Source: Callorhinchus milii (taxonomy: Eukaryota). Taken from it: a stretch of DNA of 64,000 nt. Where the stretch lies: contig NW_024704743.1 of NCBI RefSeq assembly GCF_018977255.1, positions 100,876,001 through 100,940,000 of the forward strand, read 5' to 3'. The first letter of the stretch is position 1; every line of letters starts with the position of its first letter. The notes under the pieces were generated by a model. That model had not been told where the DNA came from. It saw only the letters and a program-made list of their open reading frames with translations, and did not search any database. Made by a program: the position numbers and the translations under genes. Positions 1 through 13,823 of the stretch are shown one piece after another.

Positions 1-218
1 AGGGATAATTACTGTATCCCTCTCACATTTCCAACTTCATCCCTGCTTTTCTTACCTCCGTATACTCCAAATATTAACCCAACATTACAGGTAGCATTAT
101 TTTACTTTAATTATAGACTGTAAAGTGTGGTGACTGTGGATTTTTGTAGGTGGACACGACAGCTGAGTTGCACACAACAATCTCCTACCAACAACCATGA
201 AATACATTACCAATTTAC

Positions 219-388
219 CAGGACATTGGAAGAAACACCCTTCTTTTTCAAGTAGTGCTGCAGGATCTTTAATAATGCAGCACTATTCTCAGAACAACAC
301 TGGAGTGTGAATTTAATTCTTGACATGGGGCTTCAGCCCACAACCTTCTGACTCAGAGGCAAAAGTGCTACCAATTGAGTCAGGTTGA
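219..388 (-). mobile_element. DeuSINE/SacSINE1-like SINE, decayed 5' half
   Basis: cccacaaccttctgactcagaggcaaaagtgctaccaattgag is the reverse of the family head also seen at 15630-15680 and 28100-28140. Confidence 0.7.
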
Positions 389-1720
389 TATTAATATTAT
401 TTATAGATGGCATTCCAGCATTGCCACAATCCCCAAAGGGTGGGTACGAAAGTAATGACAATCCTTACCCTTATAACCTTGAATCCCAGGCACTGTGTTC
501 CATTCTAAAGGCATTGAACAAAACATTATCGGTTTCCAAGTCCAGGATTATGCTCTCCCTCAAGCTTTTTTTCATTCATTGTAAAGGATTACTTTCTGCG
601 AACTTCTCCTCATTAACCTCAAGCTAAATTATGAACGATCCTGGCCGCTCTTCTATAAACTCATTCCAATTTTGATATTGATATTACCCCAAATGCCAGA
701 GAATATTCCAAATTAATCCTTATCACTGAGTTATACTGTGGTAAAATAAGTAGTTTTTTCTAATGATGCCCTTGAGATGTATCACAGAACATAATCTAGC
801 TAATAACAAACCTACAGTGATTGAATGCCTTCATGACTGGTGTGATTATTGACCATGACTTTTCCTTTTTAACCTTCACCATTGGAAACATTTCAGCTTC
901 TTATTCTAACTGTTTTGCCTTACATTTATTCATGCCGTTTCCTTAGTTCATTCATTTAACTTGTTCGTGTTTGAATGCTATTCAATCACAGATGTAGTGT
1001 GTTGCCTAAGCTCATTGCTTGGGTATCACCTGAAAATCACAATGTTCTTTGCTTATAACGGGTTGAATTAGCTGTCTAAAAAGCTAATGTCCCGCTATCT
1101 GATACAGGCCTGACAATACCATCAGGGGTGGGAGGAGGGGCCAAGACTGGGAACAATTGTGGAACTAATAAGTAAATGATTTGCTTTTTAAAACTGACCC
1201 ATTGTAAACACAAAAGTCCCATAAAAGATTCCTGCGAAACCAACCTCTAGGCAGAGTCTTTATCTTTCAATTGTAAGACTGAAAGATAAATTGTGACATT
1301 CAATTCACTTATCTTCTTTAAAAAGCTTCATATCCAATTTTTTCACTAACATCTGAAAATCCAAGTATTTTTACATATACTATACATAATGGAGTCAGGC
1401 CATTCAGCCCAACTAGTCCTTGTTGACTTACAAAAGTACAGTCACTCCACTTTATAGTGAACCCTATGAAACACTTTGGCATGTCCTCCTGGCATGAAAG
1501 GCAAAGTAACAAATGTAAGGATTATTATTATTTTTTATGTCCATCAGATCCATCTCCCTCTAAATTTAGTTCATTCTCAAATGAAATGTGGTGCATTTGG
1601 GAGACAGGGCTCATTACTTCTAAAGCCATGTTCATTATCCCTATTTAACCATTGTAGTCTTCAGACAAACACGGCTTGTGTCTTGTCACTTGCTCACAAT
1701 TTATGATCTGGAAATACAAT

Positions 1721-2095
1721 ATAATAATAATCCTTGCATTTGATATAGCATCTGATCACGTCTTCGAGATGTCCCAATGCGCTTCACGGAATATACCGTG
1801 AAGTGACTTAACTGTATAATTTGTGGGCGAAATGCAGCAGCCAATTGTGCACAGCAGTGTCCCACAAATAGCCATTGATTGAAGTGACCAATTTTATTAT
1901 TATTATTTTTTTGGAAGGAATTATTAGCCCTGGAAAAGCGATCTGTCAATTGACTAACAACCGGGTTCCTACTTACTGCTAGGTAAACAGAGGCTTGTGG
2001 AGTAAGGAAATTTTCCGAACATTTTGCCCTGCTGGGAATCAAACCCAGGTCTCTTGCTTGCAAGGCAAGTGCTCTAACCACTGAGCTACAGGACT
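1721..2095 (-). mobile_element. tRNA-Ala-derived SINE, long form, full length
   Basis: Head agtcctgtagctcagtggttagagcac...ttgcaag (A/B boxes), internal gcctctgtttacctagcagtaag segment, tail atcaaatgcaaggattattatt. Confidence 0.9.
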
Positions 2096-2455
2096 GCACA
2101 AGGGGCTTAACTGAAGACAGTGAATGTAATTCTGATATTCAAAAAGAGTGAGACATAAATCAGAAAATTAAAAACCGCATATTAATGTTAGACCCATTAG
2201 GTTACAATTCAATGATGCAAGTCTCACTTTTTTACAAACTGAATATTTCTCAAGATTCTTTGCAGCAATTTAAAAAAAAAAAATCGATCTACACACAGTT
2301 GCAGTTCTACAGTGCGAATGTCATGGCTTTTAAAAAGGTAGATTTTTTTAAGGAATTAAGAAAATTGTAAGAGTTTCAAAAAAGTATGTAAATGTGCTGT
2401 CACATTCTGAAGCCTACTCCCAAGGCATTTCAAAATTGTCATTTGGAGAGTGACC

Positions 2456-2592
2456 GAGGGAGATCAGCCAGGATTCTTGCTTATGATCACCAACCAGCTC
2501 TCTTTGTGGATTTCACTTGAGGATAGAATTCAGTGAGGCTTTAACACTGACATATTCAAATAGCCTGCCAACGGTTACTGACCATGGTCTCA
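2456..2592 (+). mobile_element. LF-SINE-like remnant
   Basis: gagatcagccaggattcttgcttatgatc...tgaggatagaat...caaatagcctgccaac resembles the recalled LF-SINE body; not confirmed by search. Confidence 0.5.
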
Positions 2593-4539
2593 AACTACTG
2601 CAAACTGCTGTGTGAATATTGACTGCCTGGTTTGCTTACAAGTACACAGTAAATCCTGTGAAGTCCTCTGAGACATCCACCCGACTGTATCAAATGCAAG
2701 GATTATTGTTATTGTAGTTCGTAGATCAAACTACATCCAGCACTCCATTTGAACTTGGTAACAACATTTAAGTCAAATAATAATCCTTGAATTTAATACA
2801 GCATCTTTCACACTGGAAGGGCATCTTAAAGCGTTTCATGGGATTTACTGAAAAATGTAGCAACTATGTACGTTGTGGATGAAAGCTTTCTCTCTGGTTA
2901 ATGTCATTCTCTTTCCCTCTCTCCCTCACTGCACAAACAAGTAGTGAATGGTTGAGCTGAAGCTGTGGAAAATTTCTAAGGAAACCTTAGATCAAATTTG
3001 ATTTTGGTTGTTTTAGATGGCAAGTCTGTGCTGACAGTTTGTCTATATCTACAGTTGCAGGTCAAGCAGATTGTTCTTAGCAGCTCACAAGATTTAGCAA
3101 AAAAAATGTCAGTTAGTCAGAATTGTTAAGCTATGAACACAAGCTATGACTAAAAGGAGAGCTGTAACAGTTAAGGATTGAGTTCAGAGACAGTCGGAGT
3201 GTCACAGAAGGATTAACATTGCTTTTCAGGAAGGCTAATCCAAGAGCAATCAAAATATTCAGGAAGTACAATACTTAAAATGATACAATAAATAAGCACT
3301 GGTCTCCGGATACAACGCAGTCATAAAATCTGACAAAACTACCTCAAAAGACTGCTGATCTGGAAATCTCAGATTAATTGCTCCAAAATGGTTCATGCAA
3401 GGATTTAAATGTTCTCTTGTTTTTGTGTTGAGCACATCCCATTAGTGGCTCAAATCCTGCAGACTTTCCCTTTTGAATTACTGCAGAAATAATTCATATT
3501 ATCAGCCACACAGGTTGAGAAAAATGGCAGCTGCAGGATCATTTTAAGAACCGTATTGGCGTTTGCAATAGATCATAGGGAAACATTTATAAAATCACCC
3601 GGACCTAAAATATGGAATAAAATTGAAGTTAATATTCAGGTTATTTCTGTCGCTTAGAATCTCTGGATACAATTGATGGCTCAAGATTCTGTCCTCAGCT
3701 CAGAGATGCCAGTCAATTAGTGAGTGATGCTGGTTAGCTATTGTGTTAGCTGCTTGAAGGGTACGCCTATACATATACATGACATGACAGCACATTTATA
3801 GTCCAGCTAAAGAGGTCTGTGCACAGCCGACGAGAGCTCCTTCTCTAGCCACTAATTTTATGCAAGTGGAAAGGGAACCTGTACTTGACACTTATTGGAA
3901 GGAAACCAGCTTTGTTAACCCAGTGACAAATTAATAACATCTTGGAAAGTAAGAAGTGATCACCAATATTCCTGTAGAAAGTGTATAATAAATTATGTAG
4001 ATGAATAGCCATTATCTAACCTGTCACTTCAAAAAGACCCTTTCTGAATAAGGCTATTAATTAACACTAGTTTATGGGTTGTGTTTGGCCTCAATTATGT
4101 CTCTTCATTTTTTTTAAAAAATGTCATCAAGGATGTGAACAGCTTGGCTTCGACAGTTCCTGTATGATACGAGTGCATACCCAAGTGTGTTGCCTGTTCA
4201 AACATTGTGAATTGTGTGCTTGGTTCCCAAGTTAAAAAAATTGACTGATACATTGCAGGAAATCTGGAAACAAGCTATTGTAGTCTGTAAACAATAATCC
4301 AAATTTGACTGATCAAGATATGTGCTGCAGCTCAAATTGTCCTTTAATATAAACTTTGTATTCACCATAGTCTGGTTAAAATTAACTTATGATTGTGAAT
4401 ATCTACAGCTTTGGTGTACAATTGATGGCTTGCCTGCTTTCTCTGAACAGTCAACAACAATAATGCAGTATGTAAACGTTAAATTCGAAGACCATTTCAT
4501 GCTAAAAAGTACCATTTTATACAAAAATGCACCTTTCGA

Positions 4540-5175
4540 ACCTAGTCAATTTTCTACTCACTGGACTTCCCAACTCGTCCCTCCACATGCTACAGACCAT
4601 TCAGAACTCTGTAGCTTGTGTCCTCTCCCACACCAGGTTCCACAAGCCTATCATCCCCATACTTACCTGGCTCCACTGGCTCCCTATCCCCAGAGGATTG
4701 AGTTCAAGCGCCTTGGGACATCCTCTTGATGTGAAAGGAGGTCTATAAATGTAATTTTGTTGTTGTTGCATTGTGCTGTTGTTCAAGATCCTCATCTTCA
4801 AAGCCCTCCATGAATCTTCCTCCACCTTAATTTCTAAAACTTACCTTGTGAAATGCTACTAACCCAACCACTCCCTTAACTTGGCAGACACAGGCCTGCT
4901 TCAAATCAACCGCCCTGCTGCCCTACCATCGGCGGTCAGGCCTTCAGTCTTTCTGCCACCATTCTTTGGAACTCCATGCCTTCGTCCCTTTGCCTTGCCC
5001 CTTCCTTCCTTGAAAGTCCATCTCAAGACCTTCCTCTTTGACCGTGCCTTCAGTCATCTTCCTATCCCCACCAACCTTGGCCACCATCCCTCAACTCTAA
5101 CCCCTCAACTGTCCAGCACCTTGGGATGTCCTCCCAGAGTGAAAGGCGTTGGGTAAATGCAATTTGTTGTAGTCA
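4540..5175 (+). mobile_element. L2 LINE 3' fragment containing a nested L2 tail (about 4709-4780)
   Basis: Translates to SLHMLQTIQNSVACVL...PILTWLHWLPI and FKVHLKTFLFDRAF-like L2 ORF2 C-terminus; ends gtgaaaggcg...aatgcaatttgttgt. Confidence 0.88.
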
Positions 5176-5991
5176 TCTCCCTAATGTAGACAATTGCCAA
5201 ATTACTAAGGAATACTTTCATAGAACTTTGAACAATTAATAGTTTATATCTTCTCACTTTCTTATTAGCTACAGACTGTTCACAGTTGTTCACATCAATT
5301 TACTCCCAACTGTTCTCACTATACCAATTGCAGAAAAAAACAATCTGAACAATAACTCATCTGTAAAACTTCCAATTTTTGTCATTTTGCAGATGATTAC
5401 ATTGGAGTAATGTACTTTGAAATAACATAGGCAGAATACTATTAAATATGCAATTAACTAATCTAATTATGCAGTGTGCGAAGAATGCTAAGGAAAGCAT
5501 TTACTTTTAATGCATTGATATTGATGCCACGAACATAATTCTGATATTACAGTGCAATGTATGTCTCAGTGTAATGTGCATTTCCCCTTCTCCCTTGCTC
5601 AGGTTCCACTCTGTCTTGGCGAAACACTTTAAGATCTTAACCTAGGTGAAGAGGATGTAAATGCAAGTTGTTGAGTGCAAAACAAGAAGTGCATAGTTGC
5701 TACTTCGTTGGATTGAAATGGAAATATCTTATTGCAAATCAGTCAGAAATCATCAAGAAAGAACATGCCAGTTAATGCTTTCAAACAAGAAAACACAGTC
5801 AATCCACTTTACAGAATATCCTGTGAAGCGCTTTGAGGCATCTCAATGATGTGAGAAGGTGCTATATCAAATGCAAGGATAATATTATGCATTATTCTTG
5901 TGGTTCATTCAACCCAAATCCACGAAACATAGTCACATTATTTTCCTCCACAGCCCCCAAACAAATTTCTGTTATAAAAAATTCAATCCAG

Positions 5992-6092
5992 TTAGAATAC
6001 ATTAGAATATACAGCACAGAAACAGGCCATTCGGCCCAACTGGTCTATCCCGGTGTTTATGCTCCACATGAGCCTCCTCCTGCCCTTCCTCA
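5992..6092 (-). mobile_element. CR1 LINE 3' tail
   Basis: agaatatacagcacagaaacaggccattcggcccaactggtc also occurs at 58850 and 62715. Confidence 0.7.
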
Positions 6093-8520
6093 ATGAATTA
6101 ACACATTCATATTTGATATTGCAAAATAAAATACAAGTACACTAGTATGCAGAATAAAATCATCATGTGGATACATTGGTAGAACAGAATGAAGAGTGCT
6201 TGGGTACAGTTGTGTCTAGCAATACTGCAGAATGAAAGGATAAAAGCAAAGCACTACTTTTTAAATACTTTTAATATCAATTCTGCTGTATGTGTACAAA
6301 TTCATTTACAATGTTTTTTTTCTTAGTGGTTATGCAACTAGTGGAAATAGTTCCAAGTCCAACATACAACGTCTAGTACAGTCATTACGAAGTAATTTTG
6401 TTAAAATTCTGCAAGCCATCGGAGCAAACTAAGAAAATTGGACCAAAATTTGTACTCATTCATCTAAATTACTCTAGTCATTATAGAAGTTCACTGAACT
6501 GGAAAAATAGTGGGGAGTAGAGCAGCAGAACAGAGCGTAACATATCTAGAATACTTTTGTACTGTATTCATCACTTCCACTGCCCTACTTTGCTGTTCTA
6601 ATCGCATTTAGATCTTCAGGAACTCCACAGAAAGTTAGAGACTATAATCGTGCCTTGTACATAAGCAGACACAAATAGGATCTTTAAATGACACATGAAA
6701 GGAATGGTCAGCCGGTTTGATTTACAGGCCATTTCCTTACATGCTGATGTGAGGCCAAGAATATCTGTGAATATGAGGTTGAGCCACGAGTAGTCATGTG
6801 TAAGTTTCCCCCCTCACCCGCCAAAAAAAAAAGTTCACACGTGTGTATTGTGTAGTGGTGAATTACTGGCAATGTAACAGACAAGGTCTTAAAAACTTCT
6901 TGTACCTTCAACTAGATTTACCAAAGTGCAGCTTGTTGTCAAAGTCTTAGGAGGTATAAAGCTAAGGCTACATGCAGAGTTATGTATTCATAATGTTACC
7001 AGGAACACATGCTTGCCAACTTGCGTAAATAATGGCTTCCAACTGCTTCCTTTGAGTTTTAAACAAAAGTCTAACAAATATTTTTTGGGTCCTTGCCTAA
7101 ATCTCTGCCTGAACCATATCTTGAAACTCTTGTCATCCAGAATAGTAATTTTATGCCCCCACTCAACCTCAGCCTGATCTTATTTCCCATGCAATAGATC
7201 CTCCGTGACAGATGTGATGGGCATACTGTGATATTCCTGCAGGGGGAGGGAAGGTGAAATGGGTTTGGTGAGGAGCCAAAACAATCCCATTCATTATAAA
7301 AATAAAAAAGTGGCCATACGGCTCAAACATAATCCAGCCACTGTAATGTGCAGTACATAGGTGCTCCAACAATGGAAAATTACAGGAAACTGGTAGAATA
7401 AAGTTTCAAATCCATGGCTTCTTCACACAAAGGGGTCTTGGCTGTATTTTTGGAGAATAGCTGAGCAGAAGCAAGGGTTTCACCCACAGAGGAAGTGAGT
7501 TTAATACGTGTCACCTTGCATCAATCTCAAGATACCTTAGAGAAGTTAACTCAAGAGGAACAATAGTAGAGGAAAAGGAACAAAATAACGTGTTGACTTC
7601 TTTTTCACATGAAACCTCTAAAACTTTGGGGAAGGAGGGGAAGGAGAAGCAGACATCAAAATTCTGACAATAAAAAAAAGTTACAAAAATACATCGCACT
7701 CCAGCATTTCCATAGAAGATCCACTGTTTTCAGGAACACTTTATGATAAACCTTGGTGTACTTTCAAAAAGGTCTGGGTATGGTCTTTTTAACAGAAATG
7801 TCTCATTTGACACACATAATCTTCAACCTCAAAGCCTCTGTGAGTCACGTAAATGGTAGCAGCAGAAAAAACAATTGAATGAAGGGAGAGTTAGCTGCAG
7901 CCGTTAGATTCTATAATGAATGGCTTGAGGCTGCTATTTTTTCTCCAGTTCCCCAAGTATTACATTCAGGTTCCCTCCAGCATACAAGTCCACTTGTAAT
8001 GGAAGGACTAAAGTAGCCTAACAATGTCTTTAAGTACAACTGGCAACCACCAGTCAAGCTAATTTGTCGTACTCGCAAAAATAACGTTTCATAGGTTATT
8101 ATTGAAACAAGAAGCAACAAATGGATTTTTTGTTTAAACTGATTAGAGAATATTTCTATCAGGACCCCTGCTAAAAATCAAATCATTGAAAAGAATTATG
8201 ATGTACAAAGCTAGCTCGATTTCTTGACAGGAGAGGATTGGGAGCAGGAGAATCCAGACAACATGAAAGCCAATCCAAGATCACACAGAATCGACCTATT
8301 GTTGACAATTGTCGTCACGTCAGTCTGGTTCAGGCGAAATGACTCTCTCCTCTGGTTCAGTTTTGAGTTTGAGTTCAGCGCCAGGACATGAGCTTATACA
8401 ATTCAGTAGCACAATCTACAGCAGAGCACTGCATTATTAGAGTTACAAACCTCTAATGATTCTTCAGATGTTATGATCACATGGTATTATATTAAAGAAA
8501 TTCAGAATTCTCCCAAAGTC

Positions 8521-8775
8521 AACAACAACAACTTGTATTTATATAGCACCCTCCACGCTGGACGGTGTCTCAGAGCGCTTAACAATTGTGGAGCCCGAGG
8601 CCATGTCAGGGGAGGGGGAAGGTGACCATAGGTGCGGTTGAAGAGGAAGGTCTTCAGGTGCGACCTGAAGGTGGGGAAGGAGGGAGCGAGGCGAAGGGAT
8701 TGAGGGAGGGATTTCCAAAGTTTCAGTGCGTAGTGGCTGAAGGCACGGCCGCTGATGGTGGAGCGGAGGATTCAG
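8521..8775 (-). mobile_element. L2 LINE 3' fragment
   Basis: (aac)n tail, ttgtatttatatagcacc, gaagaggaaggtcttcagg (reverse of LKTFLF). Confidence 0.85.
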
Positions 8776-9149
8776 GGGATGTCCTGACCAATACTCTTCC
8801 ATTTTCCAAAGTTCACCAAAGAATATTAAGTCACTGATTTCATTTCTCTTTGTGAGTCATTTGGGGCAGAAATTAAATGCTGAATCTGCCTACACAGCAG
8901 TCAAAGTCATGTAGAATATCTGTGAAAAACACTGCAAGACATAATGCAAAAGGCATTACAGCAAATTAAATAATCTTTTTTTTATTTGGCATCCTGCAGT
9001 TCCCAAAATACTCACCAGACAAGTCTGGTAGTTCCTGTACAAAATTTTCTCAATACTCAATGGTTAATACCTTCAGAATTATAATGCGGTTCTGTACTGG
9101 TTCAGACCAGATATTACACTGAAACCTAATCGTTCAGCAGTGTGTTCTG

Positions 9150-10140
9150 TGACTACCAATGAGAAAAATGAAAAGGCTTATTTGATGGTAAATGATAGTG
9201 GCTAGACTGGAAGGTTAGGAGAATTATAAAAGACCAAAAATAGAATAAAAAGAGAATAGGGCAAAACTTACAAATGCTATCCATTGAAAATGTGTTTTGT
9301 GAGTACATCAAGAAAAAAAGGCAAAGCAGGAAGTGGGCCCATTAAAAACAGATGGTAATAAAAGCATTTATGGGAATAATGGAGGGCATAAACATGGCAG
9401 AACTATTACATTAATATTTTCTTTTGGTCTTCACAGTGGGGAAGCATAATTCGAGCATAAAGCAAGGAAACAATTGATATTAATGAAGGGGAGAAACTTA
9501 CTGAAATGACTATAGCCAAACAAACAAAAAAAGTATTTTTGGGGGACTGAAACAGGTCTGTTTCTGGCCCTAATAGTTTCCACTCCAGGGTATTAACAGA
9601 GATAGGCAAGGATTTTGAAGAAGCATTAGTTATAATCTTTCAATCTCGCTGGAGTCAGAAATACTGCAATACTGGAGCATTGGAAGGTAGCAACCACTAC
9701 ATCATTAGCCAAGTGGGAGCAGGCAAGAAACCAAATGACTATTGTACAGTGAATTTAACATTGTTATTGAAAAAAATACTAGATTTCATCACTGAGCACA
9801 GAGCAACTGAGCAATTGGATAAGTATAAGCTGATCAAGGAAAGTCAGCATGGTGTCGTGAAAAGTAGGTCATGTGTGTAAACCATGAGTTCTTTGATAAA
9901 ATTACGGAGGTGATAGATAAGAGATTCCATCGATGAAATTCATGTGCACTTTCAGAAGATATTTGATTTGGTTCTGTACAAGAGATTATTGGCTACAATA
10001 TAATACAAATTTACATTTATGTAGCACTTTCACATCAGAAGAACATCCCAAGGCACTGGATTGAAACTGATTGGGAGGCAGAGAGTTTGGGTAAAAGACA
10101 CAATCTTGGATGGACAGGTCATGGCGTGGTGGCTCTTGGA
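9150..10140 (+). mobile_element. CR1 LINE ORF2 (RT region), decayed
   Basis: KKPNDYCTVNLTLLLKKILDFI...LIKESQHGVVKSRSC matches the CR1 motifs NYRPVSLTS and SQHGFxKGRSC; stops and frameshifts present. Confidence 0.85.
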
Positions 10141-12329
10141 ATCAGCCAGAGGTCATGTTGCTAAATGCTACCCTGTGATCCTTACTGAAAATGCAAAGCT
10201 GGAAACGGCAGTGTGCAATGTCTGTCTGGCGTTGAAATAGCCAGCCAATAACCATGGTTCAATGACTTCAAAGTTGTATAACTTGTTGTCATATAATGGA
10301 AAAAGCATTGCAGTCTCTGGCAGTAAAAATCATTTATTTAATGGGTTTTATCTTCTGAAGGTTCCTTTCAGGGAAATGAAGCTCTGCCTGCTAAGAATCA
10401 GCACTGCCTACATGAACTCAAGTCTTAGATTTCACACTGTCCACATTGATATGAAATACTTTCTCCTGTCAAGCTCCTAAGCACAATTAGTTTGTTTTCA
10501 TGGGAGATATTTCTGAAAGTTGAGACTTGCTGTTCTAAAAATCTTTAATGACTACTTGGATGACATACTGGAAGTATGTCAATATGTGCCTGGGGAACCA
10601 AACCCCAAAAAGTTGGAAAACAAGGCAAATGCTCTCACGAGAGGAGGGGACAGAACAAAATTAGAGAACAAAAATCTTCAAGATTAATGTAGTGTATTAG
10701 TTTTTGCCAAAATGTTATGTGAAGGTGTGCAATAAAGAAACATGTCACATTAACTAATAAAGGGAATTTGGCTTTCTATCAAACCAAAATGCATCATACA
10801 GTTAACAGTTATACAACATATTTTTATTTCACTAGATTTTGGTTTAAAAATATAGCGAATAGGCTCCCAGGGTAAATGGTTTATGATACGCACAGTGTAC
10901 TTAAATCATGCTTGTCTAGTTGATGCCCTCTTGCCCACTGGCAGAACCTTTGATTAAACTTGCTTCTGACAGTTTGTGTGGGCAGTAATAATTATGCTGC
11001 TGTGGCAGGTTTGCAAAATGCTGCAAGAATAGTCCCTCAACCTGCAATTTCTTACCCTTTTCTGACAAGACATTCTAAAAATTAAGTCAAATTATTATTA
11101 TTATTATGATTATTATTATTATCCACCTGCCACTCGGAAAACAGCCAGTGACCCATTTCCAGGCTTCACCAATGATGATCTACAGCTGTCTGATAGAAGA
11201 TACACATTACACTAAACCTTTCTTACCAGAATTTCAGATTCAATCCTATAACTGAATAACAAATCACCTCAGTCTATTAATCCAACATGGCTCTTTAAAA
11301 CAACAACACTTGGGACTTATCTTAACTGATCTAAGATGGTCTCTTAGATTCAAAAGAGAAATTATTACTGCGTAATGGGAGTAAGTCTGACTTACTATAG
11401 TCACGACAGCCAGGAAATTTTAACAACCATTTTATTGCAGCAGTTTTTTAAAAAAGCTATACACATTTTTCAGAGGTATTTTATGCAAAGTATTATTGTA
11501 ACTTAAAATCATAGCAGGTAGAGTGACTGCACACCTTGTAGTTTCAAGAGGTCAGGCTCCATAATAAAAAGAGAAAGCAAATCCCAGCATTGAAATTATT
11601 CTTTCTATTATTCAGATTTTTTTTAACTGCAGCCCGGATTTCCAAGGTATTCTGTGCTCCTCTGCCCGACAGAGATGACAACATGTAAAATCTCAAGTGC
11701 GTCTAATCACAATTGAAACTTCAGTAAACAAATGATAAGAACAGATAATGAATTTAGTGACCTCAATCAATTTACTCAGATTAGTGAAATTACCATGTAT
11801 TTATTAGATACAGAAGGGTCACAAAAGGATTGCATTTCAAGGCAACTGTGCCTTGTAATTATTTTGCTATAAAAAGAATATAAATTAAATAAAAACAGGT
11901 AAGCACCGCACACTGTGTAGATCAAAGAGGCTTGGCTCTACATTAAAAAGGGAAAGTGAACCTTGGTGTTGAAGTCATTCTTTCTATTATTCATATTCTG
12001 TTTCATTATAGTTAAGGATTAAAATTCTCTCTGATTTCTTCTCTTTTAAAATTTCAAAATAGACAATCCAAATGCCCATTAATGTTTTATATTTGAAAAT
12101 TAAAGCTTAAAAAAAACAGAACTATGTTTGAACACAGGGTTAAATTGACAAGTGCAAGAAGAAATGATGCCCAGATCCTTTCAATCCCATCCCTAGAAGC
12201 AGTGCCACTGAAGCTGGCACACATTCAGTAAACCATGTAATTTTATAATCATCTCATCTAAAATTTTAATCTGTATGTTTGCTTACTCAATTGATTTCAG
12301 CTTGCATAGTACTTTGCATCAGACTTGAT

Positions 12330-12618
12330 GTCTAGTCTGGTACCCCAGTGCAGTACTGGAGGAGTACTGAATGAGACATTAAACCTAGGAACCATTCCCA
12401 TTGGTTTTCAGCACAGGTATTAAAGCGCAGGCATGACAAAAAGCAAAGAGTTTCTTCCAGTGTGCTGGCAAAAAAACTTATTGTGCATAAAACAGCTACT
12501 TAAAATACAGTCAATCCACTCCACAATATATTCTGTGAGACACTTTGAGATGTCACAACAACATGATAAAGCGCTATATCAAATGCAAGGATTATTGTTA
12601 TTTTTATTGTTATTATTA
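12330..12618 (+). mobile_element. DeuSINE-like SINE, decayed
   Basis: ccagtgcagtactggaggagtactg, atgagacattaaacc, tail gcgctatatcaaatgcaaggattatt. Confidence 0.65.
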
Positions 12619-12674
12619 ATCTGTCCATCACTGCACTTAACAGTAATCACCTGTGAAGCACTTTGAGGGGGTTT

Positions 12675-12882
12675 ATAATAATCCTTGCATTTGATACAGC
12701 ACCTGATCACGTATTTGAGACATCTCAAAGCCCTTCACGGAATATACTGTAAAGTGGATTGATTGTATATTTTGTGGGCAAAACGCAGCAGCCTATTGTG
12801 CACAGCAGTGTCCCACAAATAGTCATGGATTGAGTGACCAAATTAGATTGATGGAACAGTATTATTGAATAATAATCCCTCC
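12675..12882 (-). mobile_element. SINE 3' half
   Basis: ataataatccttgcatttgat...gtgtcccacaaatagtcatggattg. Confidence 0.8.
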
Positions 12883-12945
12883 CATCTGGAGAGCTCCTGG
12901 TATGCCACACACAGATGTCAATACAAGCTAAGAATACTGCAGTTA

Positions 12946-13170
12946 TAACAAATTGCATTTATATATCCTGGCCTTTAATGTCAAGCGAACATCCCAATGT
13001 GGAGGGTTAGATTTGGGGCGAGTGGAGGCGGCAGGGGGGCAGTGGTGGGTTGGGAAGTAGGAAGTTGCCCAAAGGTGTGGCCAAAGAGGAAGACCTTGAG
13101 ACAGAGCTTGAAGGATACGAGGGGCAATGCAAAGAAACCCCAGGATGGAGTTTCAAAGTGGGGGCCAGGG
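12946..13170 (-). mobile_element. L2 3' fragment, decayed
   Basis: acaaattgcatttatat tail followed by a purine-rich reverse L2 3' end. Confidence 0.6.
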
Positions 13171-13724
13171 ACTACTTACTGTTTGCTAATTTAGTTAATT
13201 TAATAGTTTACTACTGGACAAACTATTCCAGTGCAAAGTATAACAACCCCGAACCACATAAAGAGCTGTAATTCATCATAGAATGGGTTCTTCAATGATT
13301 CTCGAGTACAAAATGTTAAAGTATAGCCCACTCTGCTGATAGTTTTACAAGCTTATCTGCCAACTCAATAGAGGACGGTAACTGAAATATACTCTGGAGT
13401 CCTGCTTCTCTAAATGGATTTATAAGTGGAACTGTAAGATCAATACCGAACAGTAAAATGTCTGGAAGCCTTACATCTGCTGAATGCTAGCCAGCACAAT
13501 TAGATTTCTGAACACTGGTTGGATTCCTTGAAATCAGCATTTATATCAATAAAACAGTTGAAATCATTTGGCCACAGGGGAAAATTTTGGGGTTTAAAAA
13601 TGTACTTTCTGCTAAAATTATTTGAATGTTGGTAAACAACTTAATTCAAATTCGAACTTGTAAATGTCCTGTAGTAGTCTTAGTTTGTATCATACAAAGG
13701 AGGGGGAAAAAATAGAGGGGAGAC

Positions 13725-13822
13725 AGGATACAGAGGGGTAGAAGCTCATGTAGAGTGTGAAGACCCACATGGATGAGTTGGGCTGAATAGCCTGTTTCTG
13801 TGCTGTACCATTCTTTGTAATA
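13725..13822 (+). mobile_element. CR1 3' tail
   Basis: agttgggctgaatagcctgtttctgtgctgta. Confidence 0.65.
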
Positions 13823-13823
13823 T

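Noticed and set aside
3325..3347. let-7-like TGAGGTAGT on the minus strand
   Set aside because: Only the 5' 9 nt match and no precursor hairpin is evident
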